Assembly (NCBI RefSeq): GCF_036365525.1
Contig: NC_090387.1
Span: 90,189,691 to 90,253,690 of the forward strand
From: Heterodontus francisci
Lineage: Eukaryota
DNA length: 64,000 bases
Direction: 5' to 3'
The translations under genes were made by a program, and so were the position numbers. A model generated the notes under the pieces. That model was not told the DNA's origin and ran no database searches. It saw nothing but the letters and a program-made list of their open reading frames with translations. Shown here piece by piece: positions 1-12,896 of this stretch. Positions within the stretch are counted from its first letter, which is position 1. Every line of letters begins with the position of its first letter.

Positions 1-129
1 ACTATTTCTGTAGATCTTCAATTTAGTTGCAGTTGATCCACTTGGATTCATACCGCACTCTGCTGACTAATTAATGTCCAGAGCTCACCAGAAACGTCTT
101 TGATTTTTGCACTGTCTGCACTGAGTGCT

Positions 130-3100
130 GCGGAGTGTGAAGAAGGGTGTTTGGTGAGTGAGAGGGTTCAGTGAAGAGGAGAACTATAAAATAATTAATG
201 AAAATGAATTTACTATAATTAATACAATAAAGATGGCGGGACAGGTTACAGCATGTGGGAGCTCCTGGATACCAAGGTAATTCATGGCAACCACGTCTCT
301 AGTTAGTGTCTGCGGTTTGAGGGGCTTTGACTCAGAGTAGATGAGCTGGAGCTGAACTGCAAACATTGCTATGCATCAGGGACGGGAAAGGTTACCTGGA
401 CACTTTGCTCCAGAAGGCACCCCTTAGGATAGGATGATCTGATTTGGTCAGTTGTCAGAGACAGGATGGTGTGACAGTGAGTCAGACAGGTAAGGGAATT
501 GAAAAGGTGGGAGTGGAGCAGCCTCGGCCCTTGTGAGTGAGCAACAAGTTCAAGGTTCTTTCAGCTTGTATGGACAAGAGTGAGGGCTGTAATGTGGATG
601 AGCAGACTGACCATGGCACCATGGTACAGAAAGCTATTCAAGTGAGAGGAGTTAAAAGTAATGTAGTGGTAGGAGGGGATAATATAGTCAGGGGGATAGA
701 CGCTGTTCTCTGCAGCCAAGAGCGACAGTCCAGAAGACTGTACTGCCTGCCTGGTGCCAGGGTTCGGGACATCTGCTCATGGCTGGAGAGGAACTTGCAA
801 TGGGAGGGGGAGGATCCAGTGGTCATGGTCTACAAAGGTACCAATGACATAGATGGGGCTAGGAAAGTGTACTGCATAAGGAATATGAGGAGCTCGTCAC
901 TAAATTAAAAAGGAGAACCTCAGAGGTAATAATGTCTGTATTATTACCTGAGCCACGTACAAATTGGCATGGGTAAATAAGATTAGAGAGATGAACGCAT
1001 GGCTGAAAGACTGGTGTGGAAAAAGTAGGTTCCAGTTTGTGGGGCACTGGCATCAGTAGTGGGGTAAGTGGAGGCTATACCGTTGGGAAGGACTTCACCT
1101 GCACCATGCTGGAAACAGTGTTCTAGCGAGTTGCATAACTAGGGAAGTAGAGAGAGCTTTAAACTAAATAGAGGGGGGAAGGGATCAGTGGAGAAGATTG
1201 AGTAAATTAAAGGGAAATGACAAGGCAATAGATCAAGGTAGCAATAAACGTAATAATGATCAGAATATGGCAGGAAGGGACAGTGATTGTAAACTTAACA
1301 GTGTGCCAGCAGATAGGGCCAGAGGTTTCAAAAATAGTACAAAAAATTGATTAACGGTTCTTTATAAAAATGCTTGCAGTATTCGCAATAAAACGGGTGA
1401 ATTGTCATCTCAAATAGAAATTCAAATGTATGGCCTGATAGCCATTACAGAGATGTGGCTAAAAGGAAACCAAAGCTCGGACCTGAATATCCGAGAGAAC
1501 ATGACATTCAGGAAGGAAAAGAAGCTGGGAATAGGTGGTGGGTGGTGTTCATTAAAGAGGGCATTTGTACTGTAGTGAGAGATGACATGATTTCTAAAGA
1601 TCAAGATGTAGTATCAGTTTGGATGGCACTAAGAAATAACAAGGGGCATAAAACATTTCTCAGAGTTGTTTATAGGCTACCAAACAGCAGTGATAATGTA
1701 AATCAAGTATAAATCAGGAAATCAGAGGTGCATGTAACAAGGGTAATATAGTAATCATGGGGGATTTCAATCGACATATAGACTGGGAAAACTTATTAGT
1801 ACTATTATTGTGGAGGTCAAATTCTTGGAATGTATGTGAGATGGTTTCCAGAGTAGCATGTTGAGGAAGCAGCTAGGGTACAGGCTATTTTAGATCTAGC
1901 ATTGTGCAATAAAAAAGGGCTAATGAATAATCTTGTTGCAAAGGAGCCTTTAGGAAAGAGTGACCATAACATGATGGAATGGTTCCTACAGATTGGAAGG
2001 TGGCAAATGTAACCTCATTATTTAAGAAAGGAGGGAGACAGTAAACAGGGAAGTACAGGCCTGTGAGTCTAACATCAGTCGTATGGAAACTGCTAGAATT
2101 AATAACAAAGGATACGTGATAGGACACTTAGAAAATAATTGTAGGATTGGGCAGAGTCAACATGGATTTATGAAAGGGAAATCATGTTTAACAAACATGT
2201 TGGAGCTTTTTGAGGATGTGACTAGCATGTAGTTCAATCAGAATCTAGGGTGTTAAATCTAAGCAGGTAACTATGAAGGTATGAGGAGCAAATTGGCTAT
2301 GGTTCATTGGGAAACTACATTAAAAGGTAGGATGGTAGACAGGTAAAGGCTAACTTTTAAAGAACTGGTACACAGTTTACAGCAAAACTACATTCCTTTA
2401 ATGCACAAAAACCCAGCAAGGAAAGTGTTTCAACCGTGGCTAATGAAAGAAATCAAGGATTGTGTTAGAGCAAAGGAAGAGGAATATAAAATTGTCCCAA
2501 AAAATGGTAAGCCTGAGGATTGGGAGCATTTCAGAATTCTGCAAAGAGGACAAAAAAAGAATAAGACAAAGAAAATATAATATAAGAGTAAACTAGCGAG
2601 AAAAATATAAATGGACTGTAAAGGCTTCGATAGGTATGTTAAATGGAAAAGATTAGCAAAGACAAATGTGGGTCCATTACAAGCGGAGTCAGGAGACTTT
2701 ATAGTGGGGAATAAGGAAATAGCAGAGAAACTAAACAAATTCTTTGTGTCTGTCTTCCTGGAAGAAAATACTAAAAAACACCCAGAACTAATGGAGAATC
2801 AAGGAACTAGTGTAGCCGAGGAACTGCAAGATATTAATATTAGTAAAAAAGAAACAAGAGAAATTGATGAGACTTAAACTAAATAATTCTCCTGGACCTG
2901 ATGATCTATATGCCACAGTGTTGAAAGTGGCGGCTGTAGAGATAGTAAATGCATTATTGGGCATCTTTCAAAATTCTATAGATTCTGAATGGTTCCTACA
3001 GATTGTAAGGTGGCAAATGTAACCCCATTATTTATGAAAGGAGGGAGACAGGAAACAGGGAAGTACAGACCTGTTAGTCTAACATCAGTCGTATGGAAAC

Positions 3101-3683
3101 TGCTAGAATTAATAACAAAGGATGCATGATAGGACACTTTGAAAATAATGGTAGGATTGGGCAGAGTCAACGTGGATTTATGAAAGGGAAATCATGTTTA
3201 ACAAACCTGTTGGAGTTTTTTGAGGATGTGTCTAGAAGAATAGGTAAGGGGAAATGGGTGGATGTGGTATATTTAGATTTTCAGAAAGCTTTTGATAAGT
3301 TCCCACATAAGAAGTTAGTAAACAAAATTAGAGCACGTGGGATTGGGATAAATATACTGGTATGGATAACTGGTTAACAGACAGAAAACAGAGAATAGGA
3401 ATAAATGGGTCATTTTCGGATTGGCAGGCTGTGACTAGTGGGGTACCATAACGATCAGTGCTTGGGCCCCAGCTATTCAGAATCGATATCAATGATTTGG
3501 ATCTGGGAATTCAACGTAACATTTCCAAATTTGCAGATGACACAAAACTAGGTGGCAGTGCGAGTAGTGAGAAGGATGCAAAGAAGCTTCAAGGGGATTT
3601 GGAATGCTAAGCGAATGGGCAAAAAATTGGCACAGGGAATACAATGTGGAGAAACGCGAGGTTTTCCACTTTAGTAGGAAAAA
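130..3683 (+). mobile_element. Degenerate CR1-clade LINE (ORF1 SGNH/esterase remnant, ORF2 endonuclease and RT remnants)
   Basis: ORF 537-908 has VVVGGDNIVRGID..CLPGARVRDI..GTNDI, typical of the CR1 ORF1 esterase. ORF 3093-3377 has QRGFMKGKSCLTNLLEFFE..VDVVYLDFQKAFDK (CR1 RT). Many stops and frameshifts. Confidence 0.85.
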
Positions 3684-4758
3684 TTGAATTGGCTGGCCCA
3701 TATAAGTCAGAGGGTGGTAGTAGATGGAAAGTATTCAGCATGGAGCTCGGTGACCAGTGGTGTTCCACAAGGATCTGTTCTGGGACCTCTGCTCTTTGTG
3801 ATTTTTATAAATGACTTGGATGAGGAAGTGGAAGGCTGGGTTGGCAGGTTTGCCGATGACACGAAGGTTGCTGGAGTTGTGGATAGTGTGGAAGGCTGTT
3901 GTAGGTTGCAACGGGACATTGACAGGATGCAGAGCTGGGCTGAGAAGTGGCAGATGGAGTGCAACCTGGAAAAGTGTGAAGTGATTCATTTTGGAAGGTC
4001 GAATTTGAATGTGGAATACAGGCTTAAAGACAGGATTCTTGGTAGTGTGGAGGAACAGAGGGATCTTGGGGTCCATGTCCATAGATCGCTCAAAGTTGCC
4101 ACCCAAGTTGATAGGGTTGTTAAGAAGGCGTATGGTGTGTTGGCTTTCATTAACAGGGGGATTGAGTTTAAGAGCTGCGAGGTTATGCTGCAGCTCTATA
4201 AAGCCCTGGTTCGACCACACTTGGAATATTGTGCTCAGTTCTGGTCGCCTCATTATAGGAAGGATGTGGAAGCTTTAGAGAGGGTGCAGAGGAGATTTAC
4301 CAGGATGCTGCCTGGACTGGAGGGCATGTCCTACGAAGAAAGATTGAGGGAGCTAGGGCTTTTCTCATTGGAGCGAAGAAGGATGAGAGGTGACTTGATA
4401 GAGGGGTACAAGACGATGAGAGGCATAGATAGAATGGATATCCAGAGACTTTTTCCCAGGGTGGAAAGGGCTATCACCAGGGGGCATAATTTTAAGGTGA
4501 TTGGAGGAAGGTTTCAGGGAGATGTCAGAGGTAGATTCTTTACACAGAGAGTGGTGGGTGCGTGGAATGCGCTGCCGGCGGTGGTAGTAGAAGCAGATAC
4601 ATTAGGGGCATCTAAGTGCCTCTTGGATAGGTACATGGATGATAGTAGAATGAAGGGTAGGTAGTTAGTTTGATCTTAGAGTCGGTTAAAGGTTCGGCAC
4701 AACATCGTGGGCCGAAGGGCCTGTACTGTGCTGTATTGTTCTATGTTCTATGTTCTAT
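3684..4758 (+). mobile_element. Young 5'-truncated CR1 LINE with open RT C-terminal ORF (3684-4664)
   Basis: 326 aa open frame with SGVPQGSVLGPLLF, FADDTK and LVRPHLEYC. Ends in a (GTTCTAT)n microsatellite tail at about 4738-4758. Confidence 0.92.
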
Positions 4759-4759
4759 A

Positions 4760-7700
4760 CGTCGGACAGGTTGCACCTAAACCACAACGGGACCAACTTC
4801 CTTGCAGGGAGGTTTTCCAGTGCTGTTAGAGGGGTTTAAACTAATTGGGCAGAGGGATGGGATACAGAGTGAAGGTACTGTAGGGGTTGATGCACAGCCA
4901 AATATAGAAGAAAAACGATGTCAGTCTGGACGGCAGAGCAAATATCGACTGCTAAGGCACAAGCAAATAATGCAAGGCTGCATTGCATCTATTCTAACGC
5001 AAGGAGTCTTACAAGTAAGGCAGGTGAATTGAGGGTGTTGATTAACACATGGGAATATGATACTTTTGCTATCACAGAGGTATGGTTGAGGGAAGGTCAG
5101 GACTGACAATTTAATATTCCAGGGTATAGAATCTTCAGGCGTGCCAGGAAGTGGTTAAAAGAGGAGGTGGCATTGCACTATTGATCAAGGATCTGCAGTA
5201 AGGAGGGATGATATCTTCGAAGGTTCCTCAAATGAGGCCATTTGGGTAGAACATAAAAATAAAAAGCGTGCAATCCTTTGGCTGGGAGAGTGCTACAGGC
5301 CTCCAAATAGTCAGGGAGAGATCGAGGAGCAGATATGTAGGAAAATCTCAGAGTTGTAAAAATAATAGAGTAATAAAGTAGGGGACTTCAACTTCCCCAA
5401 TATGGGATAGTCTTAGTGCAAAAAGCTTAAAGGGGGCAGAATTTTGAAAGTGAATTCAGGAGACCTTTTTGAGCCAGCACTTAGAAAGTCCTACGAGAGT
5501 AGGGGCGGTACTGGTACTAATCTTAGGGAATGAAGCCGGACAACTGGTAGAAGTGTCAGTGGGGGAGCATTTCAGGAATAGTGCCCATAACTCTGTAATA
5601 TTTAAGGTCGTTATGGAAAAGGACAAAGATGGACCTGAAATAAAGGTACTAAATTGGGGGAGGCCGATTTCAATATGAAAAAACAAAATTTGGCCAAAGT
5701 GGACTGGGAACAGCTACTTGAAGCAAAGTCTACATCAGACCAGTGGGAGTCATTCAAAAAGTGACAATTTAGGGCCAACATGTTCCCATAAAGATGAAAG
5801 GTAGGACCAACAAGTCCAGGGAGACCTGGATGTCAAGGGATATAGAGGATTGGATAAGGTAACAAAAGGGGGCTGTGGCAGATTCAGAGGGCTGAAAACA
5901 GTGGAGGCTCTGGACGAGTATTGAATGTGTAGGCGGGTACTTAAAAAGTAATTATGAGATCGAGGAGGGGGCGTGAAAAAACACTGGCGGGCAAGATACA
6001 GCAAAATCGTTAGGTGTTTTGTAAGCATTTAAGGGCAAAAGGATAACCAGGGAAAGAGTGGGGCCCATCAGAGACCAACATGATGAACTGCGTGTGGAGC
6101 CAGAGGACATAGGTGAGGTTTTAAATGATTACTATTCATCAGTGTTCACTATGTAGAAGGACAATGTAGGTGTAGAGATCAGTGAGGGGGATTGTAGTGT
6201 ACTTGAACAAATTAGCACTGAAAGGGAGGAAGTATTAGCTGTTTTAGCAGGCTTAAAAGTGGATAAATCCCCAGGCCCAGATGAGTTGTATCCCAGGCTG
6301 TTATGTGAGGCAAGGGAGGAGTTTGCAGGGGCTCTGACACAAATTTTCAAATCCTCTGTGTCCACAGGAGAGGTGCCAAAGGACTAGAGGACAGCGAATG
6401 TTGTACCGTTATTTAAGAAGGGTAGCAGGGATAAACCAGGAAATTACAGGCCAGTGAGTCTAACATCAGTGGCAGGGAAACTATTGGAAAAAATTCTGAG
6501 GGACAGAATTAATCTCCACTTGGGGAGTTATGGATTAATCAAGGATAGACAGCATGGCTTTGTCAGGGGGAGATCGTGTCTAATAAATTTGATTGAATTT
6601 TTCGAGGAGGTGACGAGGTGTCTAGATGAGGGTAAAGCAGTTGATATTGTGTACATGGACTTCAGTAAGGCTTTTGATAAGGTCTCGCATGGGAGATTGG
6701 TTAAGAAGTTAAGTGCCCATGGGATCCAGGGCAATTTGGCAAATTGGATCCAAAATTGACTTAGTGGCTGGAGGCAGAGGTTGACGGTCGAGGGTTGTTT
6801 TTGTAATTGCAGGTCTGTAACCAGTGGTGTACCACAGAGATTGGTGCTGGGTCCCTTGCTGTTTGTACTGTACATTAATGATTTAGACGTAAATATAGGA
6901 GGTATGATCAGTAACTTCGCAGATGGCACGAAAAGTGGTGGTGTCATAGTGAGGAGGAGAGCCATAGATATAGATATAAATGGTCTGGTAAGATGGGCAG
7001 AGCAGTGGCAAATGGAATTTAATTCTCAGAAGTGTGAGGTGATGCATTTTTCAAGGAGTAACAAGGCAAGGGAATATACAATGGATGCTTGAAGCATAGG
7101 AAGTACAGAGGGTCAGAGGGACCTTTGTGTAGTTATCCATCGATCACTGAAGGCAGCAGCACAGGGAGATAAGGTGGTTAGGAAGGCATATGGGATACCT
7201 GCCTTTATTAGCCGAAGCATAAAATATAAGAGCAGGGAGGTTACGATGGAGCTGTACAAAACAGTAGTTAGTCCACAGCTGGAGTAATGTGCACAGTTCT
7301 GTTTGCCACACTATAGGAAGGATGTGATTGCACTGGAGAGGGTGCAGAGGAGATCCACCAGGATGTTGCCTGGGCTGGAGCATTTCAACTATGAAGAGCG
7401 ACCAGATAGGCTAGGGTTGTTTTCGTTAGAGCAGAGAAGGCTGAGGGGGGCGTTATCGAGGTATACAAAATTATGAGGGTCATAGATAGGGTAGATAGAA
7501 ACGTTTTCCCTTAGTGGAGGAGTCAATAACCAGGGGGCATAGATTTAAGGTAAGTGGCAGGAGGTTTAGAGGGGATTTGAGGGAAAAAATTCACCCAGAG
7601 GGTGGTTGGGATCTGGAACACATTGCCTGAATGGGGTGGTAGAGGCATGAACACTCACAACATTTAAGAAGTACTTAGATGATCACTTGAAACGCCATAG

Positions 7701-7815
7701 CATACAAGGCTACGGGCCAAGTGCTGGAAAATGGGATGAGAATAGTGCTTGATGGCCAGAACGGACACGAAGGGCCAAAGAGCCTGTTTCTGTGCTGCAA
7801 TAACTCTATGACTCT
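4760..7815 (+). mobile_element. Degenerate CR1 LINE (endonuclease plus RT)
   Basis: ORF 4918-5106 has YSNARSL..FAITEVWL (APE). ORFs 6454-6759 and 6781-7092 carry RT motifs. 3' tail CTGTGCTG..ACTCTATGACTCT. Confidence 0.88.
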
Positions 7816-7939
7816 AACGGGCCATTTGGCCCAACTCGTCTGTGCTTGTGTTTATTCCCCGTGCGAGACTCCTCCCATTCCATTTACCTCATCCCGGCCT
7901 TTCAGCATATGTTTCCAATTCCTTTTTCTCACTTGCACT

Positions 7940-8650
7940 CATTTGGTTTCCGTTTGAAAGCATCGAAGCTGTTTGCCTCAATCACTTCCTGTGGTAGCGA
8001 GTTCCACATTCTAACCACTGAGACTAAAGACATTTCTTCTTATTTTAATGTTTATTTTTAACTAAATAGTATTTATGGCTCCTAGTTTTGGATTCTTCCA
8101 CAAGTGGGAACTCCACATAATCCTGCTCAACCCGTGCATGATTTTAAAGACCTCTATCAAGTCTCCTTTAAGTGTTATCTTTTGTAAACAACAAAGCCCC
8201 AACCTGTTCAATCATTCCCAATAACTGTAATCTATCAGTTTTGGTACTATTTAAGTAAATCCTTTTTGAACTTTTACCAGCATTTACAGGTCCATTTTAT
8301 GAGATGGATACCAGAACTGTGCTAAGTGCACTAAGTGCAGCCTGACCAAGGTCATATCCACATTTAATACAACTTTACTTCCTTGGAATTATATTCCCCA
8401 AGAAGTAAGTCACGGTGCCTTGTTGGAATTGTTAATTGTTTTGCTGCTTTAAATTGTTTATTTTTACCTGTACACCCGGATCCATTTATTTTTCTGCCCC
8501 ATTTACTTTTTTATTTCCTAAGGAATGGTGTTGTTAGTCTTTTTCCTACCAAAATGTATTACCTCAAACTTATTTATGTGAAAGTTCATTTGGCACTTAA
8601 CTTTCCAGCGTGCAAGTTTTCTTATGTTTTATCCCTATTCATTCATCCCT
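7940..8650 (-). mobile_element. Old CR1 3' fragment
   Basis: Reverse-complement similarity to the CR1 3' regions elsewhere in the window (e.g. gagttccacattctaaccact, ccagaactgtgc..ctaagtgc). Confidence 0.55.
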
Positions 8651-8739
8651 AATTATTGTTTTAAAACTTTAACCACCAGGGATATTAAAGTAACTGGCCT
8701 GTAGTTGCTGCTGAAACCCTCATCCATGCTTTTAGATCC

Positions 8740-9500
8740 AGACCTGACTGTTCCAACACACGCCTGGCCGGCCTCCTATCTTTCACCTTCCATAAACCTA
8801 AGTTCATCCAAAACTCTGCTGCCCATATCTTAACTTACACCACTCCCATTCACCTCTGTGTCTGCTCACCTACATTGTCTACTAATTGAGCAATGCCTCA
8901 TTTTCAAAATTCTCATCTTTGTTTTCCAATACCTCATAGTCATACCCCTCGCTATCTTATGAACCTCCTCCAGTCCTACAACCCTGTAGCATCTCCACAC
9001 TTTCCAATCCTGACCTCTTGCACACCCCCAATTTTAATCACTCCACCACTGCTTCAGCTGTTTGCCTCGAAGCTCTGAAATAGCCTCATTGCTACTTGCT
9101 GCAGCTCTACCTATCTTTTCTTCTTTAAAATGCCCCTTAAATCCTATCGCTTTGACCAAGCTTTTTGTCATCTGCCCTAATATCCCCATTGACTTGGCGT
9201 CAAATTTTGTTTGATAATGCTCATGTGAAGTACGTGGGGACATTTAAGGTGGGGACATTGAGTACATTGAGATAGTCAAGCCAGAGGTGCCAATGGCATG
9301 GACCAACTAAAACAAGCAAAGGCAGACAATGCTATGGAAGTGGAAATAGGTGGTCTTTGGATTGCGACAGATATCGGATAAGAAATGTATCTCCGAGCCA
9401 AATAAGACACCAAGATTACGAATAGTCTGGTTCAGCCTGAGGCGGTTTGTAGTGAGAGGGGCAGAGTAGGTAACTAGAAAGCAGAGTTTATGGTATGGAC
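8740..9500. mobile_element. L2-clade LINE 3' fragments (both orientations)
   Basis: catccaaaactctgctgccc..ttttcaaaattctcatcctt-type L2 3' sequence, also seen inverted at 27915-28600. Confidence 0.6.
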
Positions 9501-10999
9501 CAAAGATAATACAAAATACTAGTAAATCCAATAGCGAATTCAGAAGAAACTATTTTACCCAGAGAATGGTTAGACTATGGAATTCACTGCCACATGGAAT
9601 AGTTGAGGCAAATAGTGCAGGCGCATTTAAGGGGAATCTGAATAAACAGAGAAGGGAGAAAGGAATAGAAGGATTTGTTAATGGAGTTAGATGAAGAGGA
9701 TGGAAGGACAGTTGTACGGAACACCGGTAGGGACATGTCGGCCTGTTTTATGTGCTGTAAATGCATGGTATACATTCTCATCACACCACATAGATATTAG
9801 TGCTAAAGTTTGTATTGTTATTGATTTAATCATTATTTCTCATCAGATGTTCAAAGTTTTCTGCTGCATCATGCCCAATGTATGGCTATGGTTTCTATCC
9901 CTTTTCCTTTAATGCAGCTCTCTATGCTAACTATAGGATATAAACAGTAATATAGTAACATTCGGGGGAGATGTCAGGGGAGAACATATATTGCAATTGT
10001 AATAGATACAGGGTAGAAAGCGGGCAGTAAGTCTGTAGTTATAGTTTGGTGTAGAAGCAGTTAATACTTAACTATTGCAAGTTGGATAAGCAAAGGAAAG
10101 TGAAAGTTAGTGGAGTGGAGAAGAGCTGTTCTGTGAGGTATGGAGTTGTATTGATGGTCAGGAGAATAGTACTAATCCAGGGAAAGCAGGTCGACCTCTC
10201 AATCTGGAGTGAAATGAGATACGGAAAAGTCTGGACGAAACACAAAGACATCCAACAATTAATTGGACCTAATGAATTATAACAAATGCATTTCTATACT
10301 TACCTTCGATATGCAGCAGGGGTGGGGAGACACCTGAGGGACTGAGATCCCTATTTCATGGATTCTTGCAGCTACATTCTTAGAGGTTCACAGCAGAGGA
10401 CGTTTCCATGTGTAGAGTTAGGGATGTACTTGGGAGCCCAGGTGGGGTTCCCTTTTTTGAGTAGATTGCCCAGAATGGTAAATGTCTGTTACTGAAATAC
10501 TAAAGAGCTCAGTGTTACTTATTCCACTCTCCGGGGATATTTCCTTGCTGTAGTGCTAGTGCTGTGGGTAATTAAGCATCTCCAAGGTGGCCAAAACGGG
10601 GTCTTGAGCTACAATACCTAGTTCGCCCACCTTTAGCACAAGACACCATCTTGGTAAAGGTGTCTTAGCAGGTGCAAGGACCAGCCATCCCAGGGATGAT
10701 TGTGGCTCTGATGACCAAGTAAATTGGTTCCAGTGCTCATTAAAGAGGCTGCATGCCATTCATCTGGCTAGCGTGACAATCACCGACCTTTCATAACCGC
10801 TACCAGCTGGACAGATGTAAAAGGAGTCGCTCATGAAGATTGTGAGTGCTAATGGATCCATGCTCAGGTTTCACTGTTCACTTGCTATTGGTGACCAACT
10901 GACTACACTGTGTTTGAAGAGTGTTTTAGATACAATTTGGGAAACATTCGGGGACAGTTCGTCAAGAATTCACCCAGCACTCTATCAACACTTTTTCCC

Positions 11000-11754
11000 T
11001 GAAATTCCCTTAGGATTTCGAAAAAGAGTCAACACACAACCTTCTAAGAGTCATTCGAAGAAAGAAAGTGTCTGATCGTGGAAATCTTGCCAGTTAGCCC
11101 CCTTGGTATCGAGGAGGAGCTGAGGCCATGGAGAGGAGCACCAGCTGTTGCAGGAGATAGGGGCATGGGGGGCAGAAACAATACGAAAGCAGGAGGCCCT
11201 GTCCACCCAGAGTAATTTGAGCACACTACTCCGAAATTCAAATGATCCAAGACTCGTGAGGGAGACTGTGCTTTACCAAGGAGGTCATTACAGAGATCTG
11301 TGCCTTCATGGAGGGAAGACTCAGATCATGCAGCACAGCCAGGAGTGCATTACCTGTGGCACTCAAGGTCACAGTAGCATTTCATTGTTATGCTACTGGA
11401 GCCTTCCAGGCTGTCACAGATGATATCAGTCATATCTCATAATTCTCTATGCACTTCTGCATAAATATGGTCTCGGTAGCTCCATTCTGTCAGAAATGAC
11501 TATGTATCATTCCCTATTTCCAGAGCAGATCAGAGGCAAAAAGCTCTGGCATGCAACAGGATTTCAGGATTTCCCCATGGTCCAAACAGCCATTGAATAA
11601 ACACATGTGACCATTCAAGCCCTTCATCTCAAATTGGAAATGTTCCTGAATAAGAAGATTCCATTCTTTCCGTGAGCTTATATAGCACTACTTGCAGTGC
11701 ATCATGCAAGGGAATGTCTGCTAAAATGCACTTATAGGGAGACAATCATCCATC
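11000..11754 (+). mobile_element. Harbinger/PIF transposase remnant, continuing at 18134-18290 after the LTR-element insertion
   Basis: Degenerate HARBI1-like segments (GFP..AI..THV near 11568-11610) resume after 18133 as GWLLG..PL. Confidence 0.5.
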
Positions 11755-12872
11755 TGTCATGCACACACCCACGTGCCAAGAATAAAGCATACTAATTTTG
11801 TCATTTGTACATTGATTTTGAACTGTTGCTGGAGCGAGAAAATGACTTGTTAAACAGATCAGCCATGGCTGGATAAAACATTTATATACGAACAGGCAGT
11901 GCTTCTGGAGGCAAAGGACCATTGACACACTCAATCCACAATGGAGTTTGTTCACCAGACATTGAAGGTAAGAAAGCTCACATTCCAGGATGGCTGCTAA
12001 GATGGCCGAATCCACAAATAGACGTGGTCAAACCAGTTAGTAACATGACTAACCTACTGGGCAACCTGAGTTTTTTTGAATTGTACAGAGCGTTTGAGAG
12101 AGAAAATCTGTTTGCTCCTGGACTGAGAAGACTTCTCCTGTCTGCTCCCATCTCTTTCTCACAAGCCTCTGGACCCACTGAGGACTCATGAACTCGAGAG
12201 AAAAGTCTCCTACATCGAACAAGGTTGAAGAAGAATGCCGGGCCCCAAAGAAAAGCAAGACCAACGTGCAATTAAGGGCTTTACCATGAACTGAAAGAAC
12301 AGTAACCAAAACTATCTCCAGATATTGCCTCAAAACTTTTCCACGTTATTTCTTCTGATCTTTTCTGGCTCTATCTGTATGTGTGTATCGTGTATGCATT
12401 TTAGCGTGGGTGCATTGTATATCCGTAGGCATGAACCATATTAGAGTTTAAGTTTAATAAATTTCAACTTTTCTTCTTTAAACCTAAGAAAACCTGTTTG
12501 GCTGGTTTATTTGCCTTATAACTGGAAAGAAGTGAACAAGGATTCACTAAGGGGGAGCTAAAGAAATGGCGTGTTAAAAACAAATAAAAGCAAAACACTG
12601 CAGATGCTGGAAATCTGAAATAAAAACAAAAACCTGCTGGAAATACTCAGCAGGTCTGGCAGCATCTGTGGAGAGAGAATCAGAATTACCGTTTCAGGTC
12701 CTTTACTTCTACTTCTACCTCTAACTCTACTTCTCTCTCCATAGATGCTGCAAGACCTGCTGAGTATTTCCAGCATTTTTTTTTCTTTATGTTAAAAACG
12801 AAACCCTGTTACAGTAAGACCAGGTGAAGGCCGAGAGGGAACCCTAGACCTCTTTCTCAACTGGTCATAACA
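11755..12872 (+). repeat. 5' LTR of Gmr1-like element
   Basis: Aligns with 17232-18133 (e.g. aaatgacttgttaaacagatcagcc, gctaagatggccgaatccacaaa). Confidence 0.85.
12583..12790. mobile_element. Penelope-terminus-derived palindromic short element inserted in the LTR
   Basis: gctggaaatactcagcaggtc..gcagcatct is followed by its inverted copy agatgctgc..gacctgctgagtatttccagc. The stretch is absent from the 3' LTR. Confidence 0.75.
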
Positions 12873-12878
12873 GAAATT

Positions 12879-12896
12879 TGGGGGCTGCCATCCGGG
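12879..12896 (+). promoter_or_regulatory. Primer-binding site, tRNA-Pro-like
   Basis: TGGGGGCTGCCATCCGGG a few nt after the LTR end resembles the tRNA-Pro PBS TGGGGGCTCGTCCGGGAT. Confidence 0.65.

Noticed and set aside
3684-4664. Intact RT ORFs (also 44199-45362 and 18371-19273) as domesticated genes or retron-like systems
   Set aside because: They are 5'-truncated young CR1 copies with normal tails.
9920-10285. Purine-skewed segment ending ATAACA as a solo LTR
   Set aside because: I could not identify a matching 5' terminus, TSD or second copy.
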